Shown: in pieces, positions 7,118-16,100 of the stretch
Position numbering within the stretch: position 1 is the stretch's first letter
How the letters are laid out: the number at the start of each line of letters is the position of its first letter
NCBI GenBank assembly: GCA_944392815.1
Contig: CALXXY010000011.1
Span: forward strand, 1-16,827
Direction of reading: 5' to 3'
Origin: an uncultured Alphaproteobacteria bacterium
Lineage (GTDB): Bacteria > Pseudomonadota > Alphaproteobacteria > Rs-D84
Length of the DNA stretch: 16,827 nt
Position numbers and translations under genes: made by a program
The notes under the pieces: model-generated
What the model saw: only the letters and a program-made list of their open reading frames with translations
What the model was told of the DNA's origin: nothing
Databases searched by the model: none

Positions 7118-9325
7118 TCACATATTAATATCTTCGCAACTTTCAATTTCCTGACAGAACTCTTGTTCACCGCCAGCACTGCGTCCCGCGAAATATCCAC
7201 CGACACCGCCAACAACTGCACCGATTGCGGTTCCCCACCCGGGCGATACCATCGTACCGGCCGAAGCCCCCGCCGCCAATCCACCGGCCGCGGCCTGCAG
7301 ACCCGCTGCGCCTTTGGACTGACCACCTGTTTCGCATACCTGCTGCATACGGCACACATGGCAATTACGCAACGCAGGTTCCCACGATACACTGCGGATA
7401 TAACTGTAATTTTTGCTGGATTCGTCCGGTGTTTCAACCTTGTACGTATTATAGCAGTTTTGTTCGGCTGCCTCTAAATCCTGTTGGCGTGACAATTCGG
7501 CAATTTTCGTTTCCAATTCACGCATAGAACGATTTTCCGCATTAATTTGCGCAATCATTTTCGCACTGTTAAACACGCTGTCACCCAAACTGTTGCGGTC
7601 AGACGGTTTTTGACTGTCCTGACACGCGGCCACAGTTTTATCCTGCTCGAACTGTTCGAAAAATTCGTCCACGGCGGCCTCGGTATTGGCGCGAACACTT
7701 TCACGCAACGTCGCCAATTCTTCCTGGGTTTCTGGAACCTCGACCAGTGACGCAATCTGGGTATCTGTCGGCAAACAGGACATATCCGTTCCGCACACAG
7801 CCCCCAATTGTTCGCTGAAATAATTCAAACAGCCCTGCAACATTTGATAATCCATCTGCAACATAGCGGCCTGGACAATAATATCAAATTGCGTTTCATT
7901 TTTGCATGACGGGAACATATCCTGGGGACACATTTCGGCAATTTCCAGCGCACTTTTGCCCACGCATTCAGGCGCAGTGAAATTTTCGCCACATCTGTCA
8001 CGCAAACATGCGTCCACATCGTTTTGACAGAACTGCGTCCGCAAATATCCCAATTTGTCATTTACAACAGTTTTAATCCCCGGAATCATTTCTTCGCATT
8101 CGTCAATAACCGGGCAAATTCCCGCTGCGACATTAACATCAGTCAAACACGCAGAATTCGTTTCTGTGGAACAGCTGTCCTCCAGACACAATTGAATTCG
8201 CGCCAAACATGTTCCACGCGCATTACGATCTGCATACTTTGCGGCATCGGCCAAAATGCTTACGGCTTCGTCCTGCCAATCCTGTAATACGTATTCACGC
8301 ACAGCCATACACTGATCCAAAACATTTTCGCATGCATTGGCACGACGCTGCAGCAAATCCGCATCCAAACAGTTTTCAAAATTCACACCACAACCGCCCT
8401 TGTCCGCGATACAGGACCGATACGCCAACAAACATTCACCACGGTTATATTTGTTTGTCGTATCCAGCATTTCCAAACGCGCCTGGCGAACCGCGGCCTC
8501 GGCCGTGCGCTTGTTGGATTCAGCAATACGTTTTTGGTCATTCAAATATGATTCAAATGTTTTACAATCCTGGACAATCATGCGCGAATACAGCATTTCT
8601 TCCATTTCGGCATCATCGCCACACGCATCCAATCTGCTGGCGCAATATTCAGACGCCATCGCATACAAATTGTCACCAATATCATAATCAGTACCCAAAC
8701 TGACATCGTCATCGGTACCACTGCTTATCCAGTCGGCAAAATTTATCCCCGACACACGGGAACTTTTTTGTGCGGCCTCGCTTTCACCGAACACCAAACG
8801 TGCCTGGGCACCCATTTGTTCACGTTCGACACCCTCGGTATACAGTAAATCCGCCTCTTCCTGAATTTCTTGAATTTCCTGAATCAAAGATTTCGATTGA
8901 TTTATATTTGATGAACATGCGCAACGACTGCCCTCGGATTCGTCCAGCAAACAAAATTCGTCCATACACGCACGATACGCATCACGACACGATTCACTGT
9001 TCGCCACAGGCGTTGCACTTACCGTTGGGGTGGTATTGGTCGCACCGCCGCTGACCGATGGGGTTGTGTTCGTTGAACCCGTTGTTGTATTTGTTGTTGT
9101 GGTATTTGTGACGGCACCAACACTGTCCGACAGCGTCGGCATAAACGTCCCGGCCGTTGTTGTACCGGTATTTGATAAATCAACCGACATGTTTGGCGCA
9201 CGTGCCCCCGCCTGGGCCATGCGGCTGACCCCCACGCGCACCGCCGCAGAATCCGCGCGTGTCGCGGCATTTGCAATCCCAGGCAACACACATAACAATG
9301 TGAAAACAGGTAATAATTTCATCAT
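7118..9325 (-). CDS. large secreted cysteine-rich helical protein, paralog B, with C-terminal glycine zipper
   Basis: Start most likely MMKLLPVFTLLCVLPGIANA (9325 or 9322) after GGGGTGGGA. Thr-rich linker, CRDAYRACMDEFC, 36 Cys collinear with paralog A, ends CEDINM. Confidence 0.9.
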   Translation of the reverse strand: MMKLLPVFTLLCVLPGIANAATRADSAAVRVGVSRMAQAGARAPNMSVDLSNTGTTTAGTFMPTLSDSVGAVTNTTTTNTTTGSTNTTPSVSGGATNTTPTVSATPVANSESCRDAYRACMDEFCLLDESEGSRCACSSNINQSKSLIQEIQEIQEEADLLYTEGVEREQMGAQARLVFGESEAAQKSSRVSGINFADWISSGTDDDVSLGTDYDIGDNLYAMASEYCASRLDACGDDAEMEEMLYSRMIVQDCKTFESYLNDQKRIAESNKRTAEAAVRQARLEMLDTTNKYNRGECLLAYRSCIADKGGCGVNFENCLDADLLQRRANACENVLDQCMAVREYVLQDWQDEAVSILADAAKYADRNARGTCLARIQLCLEDSCSTETNSACLTDVNVAAGICPVIDECEEMIPGIKTVVNDKLGYLRTQFCQNDVDACLRDRCGENFTAPECVGKSALEIAEMCPQDMFPSCKNETQFDIIVQAAMLQMDYQMLQGCLNYFSEQLGAVCGTDMSCLPTDTQIASLVEVPETQEELATLRESVRANTEAAVDEFFEQFEQDKTVAACQDSQKPSDRNSLGDSVFNSAKMIAQINAENRSMRELETKIAELSRQQDLEAAEQNCYNTYKVETPDESSKNYSYIRSVSWEPALRNCHVCRMQQVCETGGQSKGAAGLQAAAGGLAAGASAGTMVSPGWGTAIGAVVGGVGGYFAGRSAGGEQEFCQEIESCEDINM

Positions 9326-9351
9326 TCCCACCCCATACATAATTTATAGTA

Positions 9352-9380
9352 ATTTTATCAAAAGCACCGCCCATGTGCAA
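9352..9380 (-). promoter_or_regulatory. sigma70 promoter for the paralog B-A operon
   Basis: TTGCAC-17 nt-TAAAAT with an extended -10 TG on the minus strand. Confidence 0.6.
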
Positions 9381-9395
9381 GCACATAAAAACAAC

Positions 9396-9424
9396 TTGCA
9401 TTTATTTTTGCAAAATAATATCAT
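9396..9424 (+). promoter_or_regulatory. sigma70 promoter for infA
   Basis: TTGCAT-17 nt-TATCAT, back-to-back with the paralog B promoter. Confidence 0.55.
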
Positions 9425-9464
9425 ATATGCCGAAAAAAATTTCAGTAAATACATAGGATAACTT

Positions 9465-9716
9465 ATGGCAAAAGATGATGTAATTGTATTCAACGGCACG
9501 GTAGAGGATAAATTACCCAACACCATGTTCCGCGTACGTTTGGAAAACGGGCACGAAATTTTGGCAACCGTTTGCGGCAAAATGCGCAAGGCACGCATCT
9601 GGGTCAACGTTGGTGAACACGTTCGTGTTGAAATGACCCCATACGATTTGGACAAGGGCCGCATAACATTTGTCGAACGTAATCGTCCCGCATCGGACAA
9701 CACTGAAAACAAATAA
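9465..9716 (+). CDS. infA: translation initiation factor IF-1
   Basis: MAKDDVI...G.V...[18 protein letters not shown]...GKMRK.RI....[15 protein letters not shown]; AGGA SD. Confidence 0.99.
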   Translation: MAKDDVIVFNGTVEDKLPNTMFRVRLENGHEILATVCGKMRKARIWVNVGEHVRVEMTPYDLDKGRITFVERNRPASDNTENK

Positions 9717-9723
9717 AACAGAC

Positions 9724-9748
9724 ATGACCGCAAAATGCGGTCATTTTT
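9724..9748 (+). terminator. infA terminator
   Basis: ATGACCGCA-AAA-TGCGGTCAT followed by a T run. Confidence 0.75.
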
Positions 9749-9827
9749 GTTGCCTGTGTGAATAATTATTACTTTTCAATAAAATATATTTTTGTTATCA
9801 TTTATATACATATTATACACAACGGGA

Positions 9828-12305
9828 ATGAAAAGGTTTTTATTCTTTGTCATGGCGTGTTGCATCAGCATCGCGAATGCTGGTGCTGCTGTTCGTGGAA
9901 CAAACTCGGTTGACCGCGCCCAATCCGCCGCGACATCGAACACAAATTCCCAAACGGTAATCGCGCGCACAACAACGCGCACACCCGCGGCCGTATCCAC
10001 AACACGCACAGCCACCGCCCGTGGCGGCGCAACAAATACGGTATCCCGCGCGTCATCAACCGCACGCGGCGCAACCACGTCCCAAACGGTCGCCCGCACC
10101 GCAACCAATCCACGCAGCGCGAACGCCACCCAAACCACCGCCCGCAGCGCGCGCACCAACACCGTCGTACGCAGCGCCACCCCCCAGCAATCACGCGGCA
10201 CCTCAACCGCGGCCCGCAGCGCACGCGCCGCACGCGCAACAACTGTGGCGCCGTCCAGTGTCACGAACACATTCGGCACAGAATACAATGTTTGTCGTGA
10301 CGCATATTTCACATGCATGGATCAATTCTGTGCGACCGCCAACGACAGTTATCGCCGTTGCGTCTGTTCGTCCAGATTGACAGATATCCAGGAACGCGAA
10401 CGCGCCCTGTCCCAGGCGGCCGGACAATTACAGGATTTTCACGATTTAAACATAGAAGTTATTCCCAAAACCGCGGCCGAGGTTAACGCCATGCTGTCCG
10501 CCAGCGAAGGCGAACTGGCCATTACCGAGGACGATTCGGAATCATCGCAACAACTGGCCGGCATACGCGAGGTTTTAAACACATCTAAATCCCAGGCACT
10601 GTCAACACTGGGCACATTGGACATTGCGGGCGACATAAATCAAATTTGGGCAACAACGGATTTGGCGTCTGGCCAAAACATTGCGAATTTAACCGGTGAA
10701 TCATTATACAACGCTGTACACGCCCAATGCGTGGATTTGGTCAGCGAACAATGCGCCAACCAATCAACACTGAACATGGTTGTATCCGCATACGGCATGT
10801 ACATAGAAAACGATTGTTCTGCATTGCTGAACGCATTGGACACCCAATTGGTCCAGGCCAACAGCACAATTCGCGACACAGAACGCGAAATGAACATGGC
10901 GCGCCTGGAAAATTATAACGCCCATAATTCCACCGCCATCAACGAATGTATCGCCCAGGTTCGCACAGACATCACCGCCGACACGGCATGTGGTGCGGAT
11001 TATGTTCATTGCCTGGACATAACAGGGCGTTATTTAAATCGCGACACAGGCGAACCGATTTATTCCCCAGAATTCTATGAATTGGAACATCAAATATCAT
11101 TGGACGGCGACGTATTAACCAACGCAACCAACCGTTTAATTGTCGCCGAATTAAACAGCAAACGTATATATGCCGAACGCGGTCTGGAAACATGCCGCGA
11201 CATCGCGGACGAGGTTTGGGACGAATTCGTCCGCCAGGCCATCGTCGAAATATACCAGGGTCAACAGGAAAAAATCCGCACGGTTAAAAACGAATGCCTG
11301 GACGTGGTGAACGCATGTTATGACGAACAAAGCGAATCGTTAAAGGACTTTAGTAATATCAAAGAAGAATTATTATTGGGTTCCCGTCTGGAATTATCCG
11401 AAGAATTATGCCAGGAAAAATTATACGCCTGCAGCAACCTGTACGGCGACCCGGACGGCGACGGATTGGATTTATTGCTGTCCGCTATGCGTGATATCAC
11501 AGACCAAAAAATCGCCGCCAATTGCCAGGAATTGTTGCAGGCCTTTGCCCAGGATACCTGCACCGTCCCCAGCAACGACAGTTTGCATGCATATCCATAC
11601 GGTTGCCGTGTATACGCACCGGGCGACGCAATATATGCGTCCAAACCATATTGTAATCAATTGCAATGGTCCAACACAGGCGGTGGCCTGGGTGGCGATG
11701 ATGACGACCCCACCCCCACGGGTCCCGGATATTCATGCCCACCATATAAAAAATACATATCATGCACCACTGGCTATTTCATGGCAACAAAAAATGACGA
11801 AGGCACATGGAAATATAACGGCACCCCAACCGTCGGCAATTCATGCCAACCATGTTTACTGCATTATACATGCCCCGGTGGCACAGACAAACCCATTCCA
11901 CCCGTTGGCACGGAAGAAAACGGTGAAATGGACAAAGATTGCGGTGTGGACTATGCCGGCAGTTTGTATCAGCGCATAGTCAGATACGCAACCCAGGTAT
12001 GCACCCGCCCATCTGAATACGACCAGATTACCGCGGGCACCATGAACATTCCAGCCAACGTATTACAGGACGTCAACATTGTCATGGATTCGATCAAGGT
12101 TGACATGTCCACTGCGCTGTCGGCCGAATGTGAACGATTGGGCGGCATATGGGTTGACACCCAATGGGTGGACGAAGATGAAGATCCAGGTGCCCACGAC
12201 GTCACAGGCGACAAACAATACAAATATTTCTATGACGAAACGGGGTCAAATACCAAATGGGGATATTGTGCGGAAATAACGGATACTTCCACATCGTCGC
12301 CATAG
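9828..12305 (+). CDS. large secreted cysteine-rich protein, paralog C, with basic Arg/Thr/Ala-rich N-terminal tail
   Basis: Start reassigned to ATG9828 (MKRFLFFVMACCISIANA signal peptide). CRDAYFTCMDQFC...RCVCSS motif shared with paralogs A/B; about 29 Cys in the mature chain. Confidence 0.9.
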   Translation: MKRFLFFVMACCISIANAGAAVRGTNSVDRAQSAATSNTNSQTVIARTTTRTPAAVSTTRTATARGGATNTVSRASSTARGATTSQTVARTATNPRSANATQTTARSARTNTVVRSATPQQSRGTSTAARSARAARATTVAPSSVTNTFGTEYNVCRDAYFTCMDQFCATANDSYRRCVCSSRLTDIQERERALSQAAGQLQDFHDLNIEVIPKTAAEVNAMLSASEGELAITEDDSESSQQLAGIREVLNTSKSQALSTLGTLDIAGDINQIWATTDLASGQNIANLTGESLYNAVHAQCVDLVSEQCANQSTLNMVVSAYGMYIENDCSALLNALDTQLVQANSTIRDTEREMNMARLENYNAHNSTAINECIAQVRTDITADTACGADYVHCLDITGRYLNRDTGEPIYSPEFYELEHQISLDGDVLTNATNRLIVAELNSKRIYAERGLETCRDIADEVWDEFVRQAIVEIYQGQQEKIRTVKNECLDVVNACYDEQSESLKDFSNIKEELLLGSRLELSEELCQEKLYACSNLYGDPDGDGLDLLLSAMRDITDQKIAANCQELLQAFAQDTCTVPSNDSLHAYPYGCRVYAPGDAIYASKPYCNQLQWSNTGGGLGGDDDDPTPTGPGYSCPPYKKYISCTTGYFMATKNDEGTWKYNGTPTVGNSCQPCLLHYTCPGGTDKPIPPVGTEENGEMDKDCGVDYAGSLYQRIVRYATQVCTRPSEYDQITAGTMNIPANVLQDVNIVMDSIKVDMSTALSAECERLGGIWVDTQWVDEDEDPGAHDVTGDKQYKYFYDETGSNTKWGYCAEITDTSTSSP

Positions 12306-12316
12306 TAAAACTGTGT

Positions 12317-12345
12317 TTGCCTTGGTATCAAAAATTTGTTAAAAT
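12317..12345 (+). promoter_or_regulatory. sigma70 promoter for the downstream Cys-rich gene
   Basis: TTGCCT-17 nt-TAAAAT with an extended -10 TG. Confidence 0.55.
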
Positions 12346-12366
12346 TTGATTAAGCAAGAGAGAAAA

Positions 12367-13068
12367 ATGAAAAAAGCATTCATTGTATCGTTTTTATGTT
12401 TATCGTTCGCGCCCGCGGTGGCGGCGTCAATTCCATGGTGGGAACGCCCAACAGTTTGCAAATTGGATCCAACAAAATGCTATACATCTATGGGCATTGG
12501 TTATGACACAGAACAATGGGACGCTGATTCCGGTTGTTGGGGCATGAAAATAATTTGTCCCGACGCATTGACCGCCGGCGGCGATGACCCTGTGGCAATG
12601 GGGCTGCGTGATATTGAACGCGGCACCGGAATCAAATCGGATTTTGACACAAACGTTTTAAATGGCGATTGTTTCGGCATGCGCAAAACAATGGATAACG
12701 GCGCAATGGTAATGTATGGCGACGAATACGTACGCGTATGGTGCGACGCAGGCATATTGGACGGCGACGTTGAATACACTGAATTCGGCGCGTATACATC
12801 ACCGGAAAATCAGCCCACCTGTTCTGAATTGGCGGACATGGGATTGGTCGCAACATTAAACGGCAAATGCTATGGCAAATATTATGACACCGCAAAATAT
12901 CACATTCAGTGCGATGGCAATGATATTTTGCCCAGCCGCCTGGTTTTATTAAACGGTGCTGATTATACGACATCATCAAACGCACCGGCCGATAAAAACG
13001 CCGCAAACAAATTGTTTGACGCGATGGAATCAAAATCCGCCGAACAGCGTAATATTTATTTTGATTAA
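12367..13068 (+). CDS. secreted cysteine-rich hypothetical protein
   Basis: Start reassigned to ATG12367 (MKKAFIVSFLCLSFAPAVAA signal peptide) after AGAGAGA. Nine mature Cys; repeated C[WFY]G motif. Confidence 0.85.
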   Translation: MKKAFIVSFLCLSFAPAVAASIPWWERPTVCKLDPTKCYTSMGIGYDTEQWDADSGCWGMKIICPDALTAGGDDPVAMGLRDIERGTGIKSDFDTNVLNGDCFGMRKTMDNGAMVMYGDEYVRVWCDAGILDGDVEYTEFGAYTSPENQPTCSELADMGLVATLNGKCYGKYYDTAKYHIQCDGNDILPSRLVLLNGADYTTSSNAPADKNAANKLFDAMESKSAEQRNIYFD

Positions 13069-13090
13069 AAAATAAATTTTTTATCAAATA

Positions 13091-13116
13091 AAAAATCCCC
13101 CATTCGGGGGATTTTT
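13091..13116. terminator. bidirectional terminator
   Basis: AAAAATCCCCC-ATTC-GGGGGATTTTT between convergent genes. Confidence 0.85.
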
Positions 13117-13132
13117 CTTTACATGCCGATTA

Positions 13133-16100
13133 TCAGAAATCATATCTGAATTTCAACATACCTGTCTGGGACGTGTAATCTTCGTGTAAATCCAATTCAT
13201 AGTTTACAGAAAATTCCCAGCCCTCGTACATGGCGGTCAACCCGATACCGAATTCACCACCGAACCGCGACAGGCGATCTGCGTCAATCACGTATGACAC
13301 ATTACCCGGTGCGACAACAGTTGACACCACCGCATCAGACAGGAAATCATACGTTGCCGCAGCACTGATTTCCGGACGGAATTTCAAACGTGCCTGCGAT
13401 TCGATATCGAACGCATATTTCACGCCGGCAACCCCGGTCAGATAATCTGTGTCCACGGCTTTGACTGTACCGATTGCACTTTCGTGTTCGTCCTGGGTGA
13501 TGTGCAAATAACGTGCACCAACCATCGGTGTCAACCCAGACGCAAAATCATATCCAGTCATGATTTGTCCACCAAACGAATCGACATCGTATTCAGATTC
13601 CAACGCAAACGCACCATACAGATTGGATTTTTCTGTATAATTCGACATTGTGTAATTCAATGTGCCGTTCACGAACCATTGTGATGGTTTGTATTGGCCA
13701 TACACAAACAAACTGCTGGAATCGATTGTTGTATCACGCGAATTCGAATCGACATCAGTATCATTGTACGCATACCCGACACCGATTGTGTATTTACCGT
13801 TAATCAGCGCATCTGCACCAACGGAAATACCCATGGTATCACCGGTAAACTTGTCGGAATATTTCGCATGATTGTACAGTCCCTGGGCCCAGATACCATA
13901 ATCCATATTGGCACTGTCACCACCGCTGCGGCCAACGGCACCACCCGCCATACGACCCGCCGCCAGTGATAACACCTGGTTCTGGACAGACGACGCAACA
14001 GATTGCGCCACAGGTGTATCGTCCGGGTTCAGTTTGGCTATTTCCTGTTCGACATACCCAACATTCCCCGCGGCCAACTCCTGTTGCGAACGCAGTGAAA
14101 TCGCATTCAGTACCGCATTGTTGGAATTTGCCAACCCCGCAACACTTGCAGCGCCCTGGGTGGACAGCCCTGTGTTTTTGGCAATTTCATCAACAGATTT
14201 TGTTGTCACAATGAATTCGCCGGCCTCGGTACCGCCCGTGACATTATAAATATCACCAAAATCAACCGTGGTGAAATCAACATCATCTGTGCCAAAGATA
14301 TTGTACGTACCAACGCCGCCGATGTTCAATTTCAACGTGCTGTCCGACACAGAAATGCTGTCCGCGTCAATTTTGCCATAATTGTCGGAATTCAACAACG
14401 ACGCAACCAAAGTGCTGCCATCAAACGTGACAGAATTCTGGACGATGGTCGACGTACCAATATCCAGCACGGCACCACCTGATACAGTCAATTTGCCTGT
14501 GTCACCAGTAATACCGCCGGTCAGTTTGGTTGTACCACCATTAATGGTCACAGTTCCCAAATTATGAATGTCGTTGGCCTGGCCACCGGCATAGTTATTT
14601 GAAAACACATTATCCCCAGACATGGTGATTACGCCCGATTTTTCATTATAAATGGCGCCACCAAATTCACCAGCAACATTGGCCTCGAATGTGGTGTCGT
14701 TTAACTTAATCTCTGCAAAATCATTTGCCTGATTACCAACATTCGCAATTGCACCACCCTGCTTGCCGGCCTGATTGCCAGTAAATTCGGATTTATCAAT
14801 CAAACCAATTTTTCCGGCATTGGTAATTGCACCACCCTGTTGGTTAACATTTTCTGTGATCGCCATATTATTCACGAACCGCACATTGGTCATGGATTCA
14901 ACCACGCTGCCCAGCGACCCGTTCCAAAACGCGCCACCATTTCCAGAAACATTGCCTTCGAACAACACGGTGTCCAATTTAGTAATCGTATTTTGATTAC
15001 GCACAGCACCACCGTTGCCACCGATATTATTCATAAACGATGTATTACGTATGGTTCCGATGGTTCCGCCATCACCCTGACTGGTATTATTGATAGCGCC
15101 ACCATTATAACCCTCGTTTTTCACGAACAATGTATGCGCAATTTCATCAATATTGCCCTTGTTATAAATGGCACCGCCACCGCCAGATGATCCTGTGGCT
15201 TTGTTATCGCCAAATGTCATTTGCGATGTACCATTATTGAATACCAATTCGCCTTCGTTCCAAATGGCACCAGCAAAACCCGCCTCGTTCATGGTAAACG
15301 ATGTATCGGCCCCCAAAGTGGTTGTCCCGGCGTTATACAATGCACCACCCCAGGCATTTCCAGTTTCAGACACCACTTTATTACCTTTGAACGCGCCATT
15401 TACAGTCAACGTACCTTCGTTATAAATTGCACCACCCAGTGCGTCCGTTGCATTTGTCGTCACCGAGTTTGTTTCAAAATCGCCATTAACCGTCACCGTG
15501 GCATCCTTGTCGCCGTCAACCTTGATAGAAATCGCACCACCGGTTGACGCTTTGCCAACAGCTTGTTCTGTCAGGGCCGTCACCGTATTCGATTTGAATC
15601 CGCCATTAATGGTCCCAATTTCCACGGGTGTTTTTGTGCCACCTTTGACATAAATGGCGCCACCATTGGCATATGCGTCACCAGTTGCCGAATTGGATTC
15701 AAAATTGCCGTTAATTGTCCCGATTTTGGTAATATCGCTTGACGCCTGGTTTTCTTCGACCCATTTGCCTTCTATATGAATCGCACCACCACCGGCCGAT
15801 ACCATTTTATCTGTATTAGCATACTCGCGTGATTCAACCTTTTCGTCCAACACAGCAGAAACATAATTGCCAATAAAATCGCCATTGATTTCATCAATCT
15901 GGCTGCCAGAATATGCGGCTATGGCACCACCATTTGCCGTTGCTTTACCGGCTATATTCGATGTATTTTCCACACCATTGTTTGTAAAGTCAGCGTTTAT
16001 CGTACCAATTAACCCCAGGTTATAAATCGCTGCGCCCTGGCCATATACGTCATTTTCTTTGTTCGCGTCATTATCACTTTTTGTTATAACAATTTTATTG

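Noticed and set aside
4582-9325. Multiheme cytochrome or Fe-S/zinc-finger proteins
   Set aside because: No CxxCH motifs (CHIC/CHVC have the His inside the pair). Sec signals, even Cys counts and paired Cys loss favour disulfides.
9344-9733. 129-aa antisense ORF over infA
   Set aside because: Shadow of a highly conserved gene; no independent evidence.
9776-10427. Antisense and alternative-frame ORFs (e.g. 9776..10318 -, 180 aa)
   Set aside because: Shadow frames of the low-complexity GC-rich Arg/Thr/Ala coding tract.
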